This document shows positions 11,673 to 24,230 of a stretch of DNA of 64,000 nt, piece by piece. How positions within the stretch are numbered: the first letter of the stretch is position 1; every line of letters begins with the position of its first letter. The notes beneath the pieces were generated by a model, which was not told the origin of the DNA, searched no databases, and saw nothing but the letters and a program-made list of their open reading frames with translations. A program made the translations under genes and the position numbers. Origin of the DNA: Octopus vulgaris (lineage: Eukaryota); NCBI GenBank assembly GCA_951406725.2, contig OX597824.1:95294001-95358000 (forward strand), given 5' to 3'.

Positions 11673-12583
11673 CAAGGTGGTATCAAAAAGTTCCAGGACT
11701 AGTTACGTTTAATAAAAAATAGCTTATTTACCTGAGTTTTAACATCATCTCCTTCGAAATAGTCACCTTGCACAGCAATGCACCAGTCCCAGCATTTCCT
11801 GCCACTTTTGGAATCTGGCCTGCAAGTCATTTTCCATAAGCAAGTTGAGGACCGTCTGTGATTTGCTCTGGATCTCGACAATGGTGTTAAAATGGTGACC
11901 TTTGAGCTGCCTTTTCATCTTGGGGAAGAGATGGAAGTCTGCAGGTGCTAAATCTGGCAAACAGGGCAGGTGTGGAAACGATACCTTTTTGGCAAGAGAC
12001 TCACGAGTGAGGAGAGCTCGGTGACAGGGTGCATTGTTGTCGGGAAGAATCCAATTCTGTGCGCTTCACAGATCTGGTTGCTTTCACCAGATGTCCCCCC
12101 TCAAACGCTTCAAAACATCACAGTAGAACTCTTGATTGACGGTCTGGCCCTGGGGGGGGGATGAATTCTCAATGCACAATACCACATTTCTGGAGGGGAC
12201 GCTTATGGCAGGTCTTCCAGATTGCTCATTGGCTTCCAAGGTCTTTCTTCCACTTTTGGCGTGCTCGTGCCATCCAAAACATTGTGTATGGTCCATTGCC
12301 TCATTGCCATAAGCTTACCAAAGCATGCTCAATGTCTCTGTAGCAGATTTCCTAAATTTCACGTTGGCTCTTTGTTCCTGTCCATGACAAAATTGTTGAC
12401 TACAGCATACACATGATCTCAAAAACACAAATTTCACAACTTGCGAAGTAAACACAACGATGTCACTCGGTATATTACCTCATTAAGGTCACTCCTAGCT
12501 CTCACTGCACATGCAACCTTGTGTGTGCTGCCATCTGTTGGCATGCTACGAAACTAGTCCAGGAACTTCTTGATACCACCTCG
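11673..12583 (-). mobile_element. Mariner DNA transposon relic, internally deleted, transposase pseudogene
   Basis: About 32-bp TIRs C(A/G)AGGTGGTATCAA(A/G)AAGTTCC(A/T)GGACTAGTT, TA TSD. Minus-strand fragments include PDLAPADFHLFPKMKRQLKG (YSPDLAPxD motif) and PPQGQTVNQEFYCDVLKRLR. Confidence 0.93.
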
Positions 12584-12625
<42 letters not shown>

Positions 12626-12714
12626 TATACATAAACACTGCCCAATTTGGTATATTTTTAATTCCATGTTACACATATGTTTCATTACAGTATAGGAAGT
12701 ACACCATGAATATT

Positions 12715-13144
12715 CTTTTCTACTCTAGGCATAAGGCTCGAAATTTTTGGGGAGGGGACCAGTTATTTAGATCAACTACAGTACGCAACTGGTACTTAAT
12801 TTATTAACCCTGAAAGGATGACGGGCAAAGTTGACCTTGGTGGAATTTGAACTCAGAACGTAAAGACAGATGAAATGCTGCTAAACATTTTGCCTGGCAT
12901 GCTAATATTTCTTATTTCTTTATTGCCCACAAGGGGCTAAATATAGAAAGGGCAAACAAGGACAGACAAAGGGATTAAGTTGATTACATCAACCCCAGTG
13001 CGTAACTGGTACTTAATTTATTGACCCCGAAAGGATGAAAGGCAATGTTGACCTCAGTAGAATTTGAACTCAGAACATAACGGCAGACGAAATACTGCTA
13101 AGCACTTTGCCCGGCATGCTAACGTTTCTGCCAGCTTGCTGCCT
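12715..13144 (-). mobile_element. SINE family A (tRNA head, Nin/Deu-like domain), two-unit copy
   Basis: Perfect 15-bp TSD TACACCATGAATATT (12700-12714 / 13145-13159); the GAAAGGATGAAAGGCAAAGT-type domain is present twice. Confidence 0.88.
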
Positions 13145-13816
13145 TACACCATGAATATTATTACCATTATAGTAACAATAATAATATAAATTCATAATTA
13201 TATATATGTAGAGAACATGTAGAGGATCTCCAAAACTGACTCTCCAGACAAAGATTTAAAAATTATAAGCTTTTACTGGGAAGAATTTGCTATAAACAGA
13301 TATTGTAATTTATCAGGAATATAGAGTGGCAGAGGGAGAAAAAGAATAGAGAAGAAAAGATAATAAAATAGAAAGAAAAAGATGAAAATAGGAAAGGAAA
13401 TGGATGTAAGAAGAGAATAAGAATTTATTTACTTGTAAGATATAAAGATAGAAGCAATTATAATGGATTTTTGTTAGAATATTCAAATTTGCTTCACATA
13501 GAAAATTATGTAATATACATGTATATACATATGTACATACATCTATATTCATAAATTTATGATCAGCTTTAATTTATTTCCTAAATTTTATTCTGAAATA
13601 TAACAGTCATAAAATATATATATATATATATATATGTAAGTGTGCGTGTGTTTGTACATGCATATATACATACGCTGTTCCGTGTTATGCATATAGAAAA
13701 GTATTTATACAAAGGGATATAGACATTTAAATATTATACAAGATTTAATGTGTGCGTATACACACACACACATCTATTTTCATATTGGATGGAATTCAGC
13801 TTGGATTCTAACCCCT

Positions 13817-13847
<31 letters not shown>

Positions 13848-14348
13848 ATACACACACACATAAACTTATATACATGTGTGTATGTATATATATATATACA
13901 TCCGAAAAATATTCTGCTGTATATGAAGGTTAAATTGGTTTCATGTATGAATAATATATTGAGCATTATGGGTTCAATTTCTAACCTAAGCACCAGATTG
14001 ATATGCACTCTTCTTCAGAGTTAGACTTATTGAAATGTTGCTCATGAAGAATGTGTTGGTGTTTTTGGTGATTACGGAAACTGATAGTTTTTTGTTTGCC
14101 AAATTCCCACTTGGTACAGTTTACCCTTTTCTATTAATGGGGATAAATGTTTTAATTATAGAAGAGGTGCAGAAGACGGCTTTCCGACCACAAGATTATG
14201 GATTTAGTTTCGCTGTGTGGCACCTTGGGTGAATGTCTTCTTTGCCCTGGGGCCACTGAAGCATCATGTGTGAATTTGGTAGATGGACTTTGGAAAAAGA
14301 CTGTTGTGTGTATGTGTGTGTATTTATATGTGTATTTGTATGTGTGAA

Positions 14349-14682
14349 GGCGCATGGCTCAGTGATTAAGAGCGTCGAGCTTACGATCATGAGGTTGCGA
14401 GTTCAAATCTCGGACCAGGCTGCATGTTGTGTTCTTGAGCAAGACACTTTATTTCATGTTGCTCCAGTTCACTCAGCTGTAGAAATGAGTTGTGATGTCA
14501 CAGGTGCCAAGCTGTATCGGCCCCTTTGCTTTTCCCTTGGATAACACTGGTGGTGTGGAGAGGGGAGGCCGGAATGCATGGGCGACTGCTAGTCTTCCAT
14601 AAACAACCTTGCCTGGACTTGTGCCTTGGAGGGTAACTTTTTAGGTACAATCCCATTGTCAGTCATGACCGAAGGGGGTCTC
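14349..14682 (+). mobile_element. SINE family D nested in the TG tract of a family B copy (about 14150-14920)
   Basis: GGCGCATGGCTCAGTGATTAAGAGC...GAGTTCAAATCTC boxes; CORE-like GTGTTCTTGAGCAAGACACTT. Confidence 0.8.
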
Positions 14683-15634
14683 AGCATTTGCATGTGTGTG
14701 TGTGTCTCTTTGGCTTGACATTGTGTCCTAGTTGTAAATGTCATACAAGCAGTGTTAATTGTTTTTTCCTATTTTGTGTGAGCATGTCTGGCCACAGGTA
14801 AATACTACCTGTCTTGACAACAGTAAAGGTTGGCAATTGGAAAGGCACCTGGACATAGAAAATCTGCCTCAGTAATTTCCATCGAACCCATGCAATTATG
14901 CAAAAGTGGACATTAAAATAATGCCGAAACCTACTAAGCAGTATTTTTTTTTTTTTGTTTAAACCACTAATAAATAGTTTAATACAATATTTGTGCCATC
15001 ACCAAACTTTGTCTCCTCCGTATCATTATGTTTTTCTGTTATTCATTATTAAAGTAGTAACTCGGATCTTATAGGTATTATTCATGAGAATGTATATTTG
15101 ATATGGACAATCTCCCGACGTATTATAACGAGAGTTGATTTGACTTGTGTTTACGAGTGTAGTTGCTTTCATATAAGAATCCATTAGCTTGCTTGAACCT
15201 TTGTGCTGTATCAAATAATCAATCGGAAAGGTGGAAACACACATGAGTAAAGTTTGTGAGTCATAGTGTAATGGAGTAGTGTATGTTACTAAAGCTGATT
15301 CAAATTGGTTTTGCCACTTGTTATTCTGTTACAGCTACCATGATTATTATCGTCATCATCACTATCATCATTATAATTTGTTTTTTACTTCAAAAGCAAA
15401 TTATGGTTGTTATTAGTGATATGGATGGATTGAGTGTTTATACTGTGTAACATAAAATTTAAATATAGGAACATTATTGATTTTTATCTGAATAATAATA
15501 ATAATAATAATTTCAAGTCCATTTGTCCATTTCTGAACCAGCGAGAATACCTCTACTTGATTGGCTGGCATGCAAGAAATAGCACTCTAATTTCCCTTGG
15601 ATTTCACCCTAACTCCTTGGAAGTGTAAGGTCAG

Positions 15635-15830
15635 GTCGTCATCATTTGATGTCTGTTTTTCCATCCTGGCATGGGTTGGACAGTTTGTCTGGAGCTGACA
15701 AGCCAAAGGACTGCACCAAGCTCCACTGTCTGATTTGGGGTGGTTTTCATGGCTGGATCCCCTTCCTGATGCTGACCACTTCACTGAGGGTACTGAGAGT
15801 TTTTCATGTGGCACCAGCAGCAGTGAGGTC
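15635..15830 (-). mobile_element. SINE family C, diverged
   Basis: Reverse complement of the family C 3' end (CATCATTT..TTTTCCATCCTGGCATGGGTTGGAC). Confidence 0.65.
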
Positions 15831-16244
15831 GTTCCATAAGTCGCAAGCCCAAAGCCCTCAACTGGGGTGGGGAAATACTATTGAAGGAAGTGGTTTTTAT
15901 GCAAGGCAGTAAGAAGTTAAAGTAGGATAGAGGGACCAGAACAAGTGTATTACTGTAGAGGAGATACATTAATTACTAAAGTTGGAAAAGAGAAATGAGG
16001 AAGTCTGACTAAAGACAGTCATGGTTGGAAGGCTTTCGATTATATTTATGTTCAGTCATGGCTGACCTGGACCAAACAAAGACTATTCCATTCAATCAAC
16101 TGAGAAAAAGTTGACAATACTTTTGTAATCTCTAAGTAAGGAAATGATCTTCTTAATAGCTTTTCAATTGTGTATTTCTATCTCTTTTGCAGGGGAAAAA
16201 TTGTTGTGACTTCCGTATCACTTTGTGAGAGAATCTCTTTTTTA

Positions 16245-16600
16245 GCTTTTACTTGTTTCAGGCTTTGGACTGTGACCATGCTGGAGCACTACCTTGCAGG
16301 GTTTAGTTGAACAAATCAACCCCAGTCCTTTTCTTTTCAAGTCTGTACATGTTTTATCGATCTCCAAACTGCTAAGTTATGGGGACATAAACAAACCAAC
16401 ATTGGGTTGGAGTTTACAAACACACACACACACACACACACACTCTCTCTCTCTCTTAATAGGCTTCCATGAAGTTTCTGTCCATCAAATCCACTCACAA
16501 AGCATTGGTCAGTCTGGAGCTGTAGTAGAAAACACTTGCCCAAGGTGCTGCGCTGTGGAACTTAACCCAAGACCACGTAGTTGCAAAGGGAGCCTCATGA
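16245..16600 (-). mobile_element. SINE family B, diverged
   Basis: TTTTACTTGTTTCAG...CCATGCTGGAGCAC...CACTTGCCCAAGGTGC. Confidence 0.7.
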
Positions 16601-17223
16601 CCAAGTCTGCTGAGAATGATGGTTGAGTGAGTGGAGGGCGGTGGGGGTGGAGAAAAAACTTGTTTAGATATGATAGAATTTAAAGTGCAAAATAAACATT
16701 TAAAGAATGTTTGTGACGCACAGACATTATATATAAACCATTCAATGGAAGATACCTGTGGATGATTCAAAGTAAAAAACACAAGAACTTGATGTTGGGC
16801 CACAGGCTAGGGTTGAAAAAATACACTTTGACCTACTTAAAAGTCAAGTGCTCTCATTTCAAACTTAAACTTAAAGTCAGGATGAGATCAACCATAGAGT
16901 AGTTTTTATAGCCATATCAGATTTCCAAGTCTCCTCCTCACATTCTTTTCCCTCAAAAAGTATGGTAATCTAGCAAAACGACATCAACCAAGCCTACATA
17001 CATTTGGTCTGCTTTGAACCACATCTGCAGATGATCCTTGAATACAGTTGCATAGACTGCTAACCAGTTGAAAAAATAAAAACTGGATGTAAATGCAATT
17101 GCTAGTTTTCTGTGCAACAGAAGCATGCGTTGGACAAATTTAAACGAAATATGGTATATAAGGGACTGTAGAAATATAAAAAAAAACCCCAAAATATGTA
17201 AATGTACTAATCTCTGTTGACAG

Positions 17224-17282
<59 letters not shown>

Positions 17283-17403
17283 TTTCAGTGCGAATGGTTT
17301 TTTTTTTATAAGGCACCGTTTTTACAATCCTGTAAATAATAATAATGGTATTTTTATATAAGCTTAAAGCTTATGCCGATCACCGTGCAGTAACTAAGGA
17401 AAA

Positions 17404-17511
17404 TAGTCTAATAAAGGGGCATATAAGCCCTCGACAGAAAAAAGAAGGCTTTCCCATGCTGATAAGAAAGCCTTTTTTCGTTGAGGGCTTATATGCCCCT
17501 TTATTAGACTA
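17404..17511. repeat. Long inverted repeat/hairpin
   Basis: Perfect 29-bp arms at 17404-17432 and 17483-17511, plus inner AAGGCTTTC/GAAAGCCTT pairing. Confidence 0.9.
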
Positions 17512-17611
17512 AATAAAATGAAGTAGCATGAAACGATCATACCAAATTACCGCAGATATACTTGTTGCTTATTTTGATTATATATATATATATCACACTC
17601 TGAAACAAAAA

Positions 17612-17658
17612 GTGTCGCTGAAGAGGTCACAGACGTGTGATGAAATATTTCCAGACAA
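17612..17658 (+). ncRNA. Degenerate minimal type I hammerhead ribozyme-like motif (Penelope-like terminus)
   Basis: TGTCG-CTGAAGA-G-GTCACA-GACG-TGTGAT-GAAA-TATT-TC-C(A)GACA: canonical CUGANGA and GAAA boxes, 6-bp stem II, bulged stem I. Confidence 0.5.
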
Positions 17659-17978
17659 TGGACAGACATTAAAATAATAAAATTACAACAATAAATGATT
17701 GAAGAAAAAAAGAAATATAGTGTGTGTGTGTGTATTTATTTGGCAAAAAAAAAAAATAATGATGAATGAAAAGACCATCCCGAAGTACAACAAAATATAT
17801 ATATATTATAGATAAGCACAAACGGAATAAACTGAAAATATGAAGAGGATCTGGCAACATTCTGCATGTGTGTGTGTGTTTTCCATTTGTTTTGTTTGTG
17901 TTTATAAGATACTGTGTTTTCGGAACATACTATTTAATGAAAGCCACTTATTTTGTTAACATGCTGTGAATTTATATA

Positions 17979-18042
<64 letters not shown>

Positions 18043-18437
18043 TCTAATATATTTCATTATATTACTGCTCCTGATATGAATTTTTTTCATACTTGTTGAG
18101 CTGTCTGCCAAAAGTCCTTTACATAATGAACTATTCTTGCAATTTGGTATGAATCATTTCAAATATTATTAAATTTGTGTCTGTTGTTTTTGAGTAAACT
18201 GGTGCATATCCCCTTTAGTATTTATTATTTAAGGGAAGATAATTCCACATGAAGAGTTAACTTAGCCATTCAATAAACACTGATTGATAAATTAAACACC
18301 AACCTAAGTACTAAGGTTGATATAATTATTCAAAGGCTGCAATCCAATGATTGAAACCACTAAAAGAATTAGATCTTCATAGTTTTATTTAATGAACTGA
18401 CATTCATATCTTCATCTAAGTAGTTATTTTAAATTTC

Positions 18438-18840
18438 TGGCATTGATGCCAATGCCTGCTGACTGGCTCCCTTACCGGTGGCATGCAAAAAGCACTATCC
18501 AAATGTGATTGATAGCAGTAACCCCTGACTGGCTCCTGTGCCAGTGGCACATAAAAAGCACCATCCGAACATGGCTGTTGCCAGTACCCTCCGTGCCAGT
18601 GGCACGTGAAAAGCACTATCCAAACATGATCAATGCCAGGCCCACCTGACTGGCTCCTATGCTGGTGGCACGTAAAAAGCACCCACTACACTCTCAGAGT
18701 GGTTGGCGTTAGGAAGGGCACCCAGCTGTAGAAACATTGCCAAATCAGATTGGAGCCTGGTGCAGCTGCTGGCTCTCCAGACCTCAGTCAAACCGTCCAA
18801 CCCATGCTAGCATGGAAAGCGGACGTTAAACGATGATGAG
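18438..18840 (+). mobile_element. SINE family C (Meta-domain-like, GAT tail) with four internal repeat units
   Basis: Repeated CC(G/A)GTGGCA(C/T)(G/A)TAAAAAGCAC-type units; GGTTGGCGTTAGGAAGGGCA; ...GGACGTTAAACGATGATGA. Confidence 0.85.
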
Positions 18841-20533
18841 GATCTGAAGTGATCTGAAAAGTTCCCAGTCACTATTAAATAGATGAATTTAATAGCTCAT
18901 AGCAACCAGTTGTATGCAACACAGACAGCAAACAGAAATAAAATATTAACAGATTGGGGGGGAAATAATCACAAAATTAACACTGGAAAATGTACAAAGG
19001 GGGCGATCAAAAAGCAAGAAAAAATACAATGAAGAATAATGGTATAATTTTTGCAACATTCTTTTTAATTATTGAGAGCCATAAACATGCTTTTTGGATA
19101 CAATAGACTGACTGAATGGGCATTTATCATTGCTAGTTGCTGTTTTTAATAGATTGAATAAATATAAATTTCTCTCAAATAAATTGAATTCTTGGAAAAA
19201 TTAGCATACCTCCATTTGAGTAAATCTGTATGCTTTGAATTCACACACAGGCACACACATGCACTGTTCGTATTGAGGACTTTATAGAAATGATAGAAGA
19301 ATTAAATTTCATAGTATGGTGTGATAAGAATAAAAGAAATGGTATTATGTGGTTTTAACTATTGATGAGATTGTCTTTATGTAATCAACCAGCAGAGAAA
19401 AGAATGGTTAAATGTTTATGGTGAATATCTTTACTGGAGATAGAATTAAACTAATACTTTTAAAATAGAAAAAGTGATAGTTTATTTCTGTTGTGCCTTG
19501 GGAGAGTCATGATGCCAATAATAATAATAATAATCCTTTCTACTACAGGCCTTCATTGGCCTATGACCACAACTGGTTCCAACTGACTGGTTATAAGCCG
19601 GCCTATAGGCCTACATAGCTTTATTTCATATTCTTACATTCTTAAGATGCTTTCTCAGGTAAAAGTCACACACATCATTCTGTATTATACCATTATACTG
19701 GCGTTAGTCAAAAGTTTGGAGTCTCAATCATTTGTCTTATAAACAAATACGAGGTTGCCTCAATGTCTCTGTGACAGGATAGTCCTCCAACACAGTGGCA
19801 GTCGATAACCAAACCTAGGGGAAGCATTTGTTAGCTGACATCATCCCGAGATCAGTTGATTTCTAAGAAATTAAACCCATTAAATTTCAACTGGACTATT
19901 TATTTCAATCCCTTGTAAGTCGGATAGGTTGTAAGTTGATGAAGACCTGTATAGGCACCAGGCCTGAAATTTATTTTGCCGGTACTTAATTTATCGACCC
20001 CTGAAAAGATGAAAGACAAAGTCGATCTTGGAGGAATTTCAACTTGGAACATTAGTGATGGGTGAAATGCCACTAAGCATTATACTCAGCATGCTAACGA
20101 TTCTACCTGTTCACCACTTTGTGCTGGCTCACCAATAATAATAATAAAAATAACAACATATGCACAGTTTCAGTTCTATTTCTTTTTTATTAGTCAGTTG
20201 GTTAAATATCTAACTAATCAATTGTTTATTTAACGTGTTGGTTAAACAGTCAGTTGGTGTGGTCGTTCATCAAAGTTCTTTTGTTGCCATTTGCAACCAG
20301 TTCAGTAAATCACGATGTCCCAAATACAGACCAAATACAAAAACATAATATGACAGTTTATTATATATTTTAGAAACAAATAACGTATGGCTGTGTGGTT
20401 AAGAAGCTCGCTTGCAATCGCACCGCCTCTGGTTCAAGCCCATTACACAGCACCTTGGCCAAGTGTCTTTTACTATAGCACTGGTCTGACTAATGCTTTG
20501 TGAGGGAATTAGGTAGACAGAAACTGTATGAAA

Positions 20534-20948
20534 GGCGGTGAGCTGGCAGAAATGTTAACATGCCGGGTGAAATGCGTAGGTGTATTTCGCCTGTCGTTAC
20601 GTTGTGAGTTCAAATTCCGCCGAGGTCGACTTTGCCTTTCATCCTTTCGGGGTCGATAAATTAAGTACCAGTTACGCACTGGAGTCGATGTAATCGACTT
20701 AATACCTATGTCTGTCCTTGTTTGTCCCCTCTGTGTTTAGCCCCTTGTGGGTAATAAAGAAATAGGTATTTCGTCTGCCATTACGTTCTGAGTTCAAATT
20801 CTGCCGAGGTCGACTTTGCCTTTCATCCTTTTGGGGTCGATAAATTAAGTACCAGTTACGCACTGGGGGCGATGTAATCGACTTACTCCCTTTGTCTGTC
20901 CTTGTTTGTCCCCTCTATGTTTAGCCCCTTGTGGGCAATAAAGAAATA
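20534..20948 (+). mobile_element. SINE family A dimer nested in a family B SINE (about 20385-21190)
   Basis: 15-bp TSD AGAAACTGTATG(A/G)AA at 20519-20533 / 20949-20963; head GGCGGTGAGCTGGCAGAA, B box GAGTTCAAATTCC. Confidence 0.9.
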
Positions 20949-22226
20949 AGAAACTGTATGGAAGCCTGTTACATGTGTGTGTGTGTCTATAGTTGTCTCC
21001 ATCACCACCACCACTTGACAACCAGAGTTGGTTTATTGACATTCTTGTAACTTAACAGTTTGCCAAAAAGACACATAGAATAAATACCAAACTTTAAAAA
21101 AATAAGTACTAGGATTGATGTGTTTGACTAAACACTTCAAGGCAGTGTTCCAGCATGGCCGCAGCCCATTGGCCAAAGCAAATAAAAGATACAAAGACGT
21201 AATTCATTGTGCGTCGGTCATCTTTTCCTTTGATTGGCTCAATTTCCATGCTTAACAGTCAACAGTTTGTGGAGTTATTAGCCATATGAAATTAATCCTG
21301 TCAAAAGTTATCATTAGACATCATGTTGGGACTTGTGAGTGGTTTTGAGTGGTTTGATCTCCGAGAATGTGTTTTGCTAAAGGAATACAGCTCTCAAAAG
21401 AATGCTTTGATAATATTAATTTATAGTGTCAGTGTCCTGAGGCAATTTCCAGTGCAGTTTCTATTAAATGAAAGGTCTTTATTTATAAAACCATATCGTA
21501 AAGAAAATGGCATAAGCCACATTAAGCTATGTTGTATGAGGCAGTTTGAAATAAGAATTGGTTTTGTCTTTTACAAATTTAATCTGGTTTCCACAGGCTT
21601 TTCTCTGTAACACAGATCAAGAAGCTATTGACAGAAATTTAAAAATAACTGGTAAAAGTAATTTGGTTGATAGTAATAAAGATGAAAATGTAGTTGTTTG
21701 TATAGAATAAGCATATAGAGCCCTTTCTTTGATCATGTTATTGTGTGGTCCTTAAATGTTTGTAAAAGCCCTTGGTTCTAGTATCGAGAATCAGCACTAT
21801 AACAGTTGTTGTTTAAAATTAGTAATTTCAAGTTGATGCAAAAAAATCTATGTGGTCACTCAACCTGTTAGAAATAGCAGCCAAGACATCCTCAAATTAC
21901 ACCCTATCATCTTTCATGAAGGAACGGGTGTATAAGATAGTGTAGTTCTACTTACATACCCCTAAAACGATGAAGAGGACACAACTGGAATGCTTTTGGT
22001 TATAGGTTTGATTGATCAGGGTTGACTTGAAGCTAAATAAATAGACAACTTGATGGTTTGTTTGAAGACATTAATAATATTCTTTCAATGTTTTATTTTG
22101 CAACTGTAAATGGCTTGTGCTTAGCAAGACTCTTTTATGTATAAGATGTTGGATAAAGCTAAAAGAAACTATATGTCTTAGACTTGAAAAACTTATAAAA
22201 AATGTCATATATTATGACATATTTAC

Positions 22227-22416
22227 TGTGCCGGTGGCACGTAAAAACCACCCACTACACTCACGGAGTGGTTGGCGTTAGGAAGGGCATCCAGCTGTAG
22301 AAACACTGCCAGATCAGACTGGAGCCTGGTGCAGCCACCTGGCTTCCCAGACCCCACTCGAACCGTCCAACCCATGCTAGCATGGAAAACGGACGTTAAA
22401 TGATGATGATGATGAT
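22227..22416 (+). mobile_element. SINE family C, 5'-truncated young copy
   Basis: CpGs retained; (GAT)n tail. Confidence 0.85.
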
Positions 22417-22449
22417 TAATTGCTTCTTAAATAGAAATGAAACTTGAAA

Positions 22450-24230
22450 TTTCTAGGATGTGTGTGATTTTTGCAAGCCTTGAAAACGTAAGGGAAGAGG
22501 TGGGAGCTACAAATGGAAATCAAGTAATGGACTGTGTTAATTGAGAAGTGTATAATAGTCACCACGTCTGGCATAGAATAACATGAGTGAAAAGAAAAGT
22601 TAATGTAGAGAAAATAAACATAATAAATAAGTGGGAAGGTGTATGTAAAATGTAGAGTGTAAAGCTTTAGAGCAGGTATATTTGGTCACACACAACTGGT
22701 AATAGTAACAGGATTTGTGAATATATTGAGAAAGAGAAAATGAAGAGTGTAAAATGCAGGCTAATAAAACAGATGGGGAAAACAAACATGAGTGGAGGAA
22801 GCAGGAAAATAATGTAATTGATAGTAGCACCGAATGACAATAAGAAAATATACGAAAGTTGGCTGAAGAAGGAATCTTTAGATTGAATTGGTTCAATACG
22901 GAGAGGGATTCTCAGATCAAACTCTCTTAAGGATCAGGGTCGTATTGTGTAAAAAGTCACTCAACTTTTACTAAAACACATTTGCACTTTGCTCAGTGCT
23001 GAAGCTCAAAAATATCTTTGCCATCTGTTTAGTAAGTCAAGTAAGCAAATCAAGCAAGCGTATATTTAATTTTGTTGTGTTGATCTAAAGAAGCCCTTTG
23101 CCAAGGTTTTCTTTCTTTTCGTACGCTATATTTTTACAAGAGGTACAAATAAGGTTTAGGGTAAGAAAGTGATGACGAATCAAAAATACATGCATGAACT
23201 GGCAGCATCGGTTGGTTGGGTGGTGGTGCTGTGCAGGTGGATGCTGTGGGTTGGGGGATGCGGGCGACTTTGATTCGGTGGCAGGAAACAATCATATTAT
23301 ATTTCTTTATTGCCCACAAGGAGCTAAACATAGAAGGGACAAACAAGGACAGACAAACAGATAAAGTCGATTACATCGACCCCAGTGCGTAACTGGTACT
23401 TAATTTATCAACCCTCGAAAGGATGAAAGGCAAAGTTGAACTCGGTGGAATTTGAACTCAGAACATAACGATATACCACTAAGCATTTCACCTGGCGCGT
23501 TAACATTTCTGCCAGCTCGCCACCTTAGATACAAACTGAAGAAGACTTGAGAAGCTTCAGGAGAATAAATTCCATGGGATCAAGATATGAGGGGAAAAAA
23601 ATACTGGATACAAGCCGAGTGATGTTGGCAATGATATAGGAAAAATATGTGTGACTGTTTCCTCATTTTTTTTGAAAGATAGAGAGTAACTTATTTTCAG
23701 CTAAATTAGTTCAGTGACTGACGTGGCTTGTCTAGAAGTGCAAAGCAGTGATGTAGTGTAGTTTTTAGCTAATAGTGCTTGAAATACGAGGAACTCTTTC
23801 TCTAGGTGCATAAGGTAAGAGGATGGCAGTGTACAGCAGATCCTGTTGAGGTGGGATGCTGTAGGTTTGTGGGTGATTGCATAATTTCCTCTCCGGCTTA
23901 TCATTGAGCTTGGGAGGAAAAGCAGAGCAGTGGTTTGTGCCCTGAGAGAAGCAGAAAAGGTTTCATCATGGATATGATAGAGGCATTTGAGAGAACGGCC
24001 TAAACCGAAAATGAAATCTTCTGTAAATATTAAAACAATAATCTTTCGTTAGTTGCATAATATGAGAGGAGGAAAAAGTGTGCTACTGCAAAAGCACCTT
24101 GATATTTCGTGATGGTATTAATGCTACATGGCACTGACTGAGATAGAGAGAGAGAGCAATATTACCAGAAGGAACTGAAATTCTTAGTTGATGACTGATG
24201 AATGGAGGCCCACACTGCAAGCTGTATGAG
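22450..24230 (+). mobile_element. Possible highly decayed LINE remnant, with a family A SINE (minus, about 23300-23525) inserted
   Basis: Purine-rich non-SINE sequence; IMDMIEAFER near 23965-23995 resembles the RT DxxKAFD motif. Weak. Confidence 0.3.

Noticed and set aside
13958-14045. Minus-strand CTGAAGA within an imperfect inverted repeat
   Set aside because: No GAAA box after the putative stem II; too degenerate to call.
18438-18690. Repeat-spacer-like pattern resembling a CRISPR array
   Set aside because: The spacers are homologous to each other, the array is internal to a dispersed SINE, the context is eukaryotic and no cas genes are present.
20534-20625. tRNA-like A/B boxes (also at 14349, 28648, 53987, 56323)
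   Set aside because: SINE heads without a complete cloverleaf; not tRNA genes.
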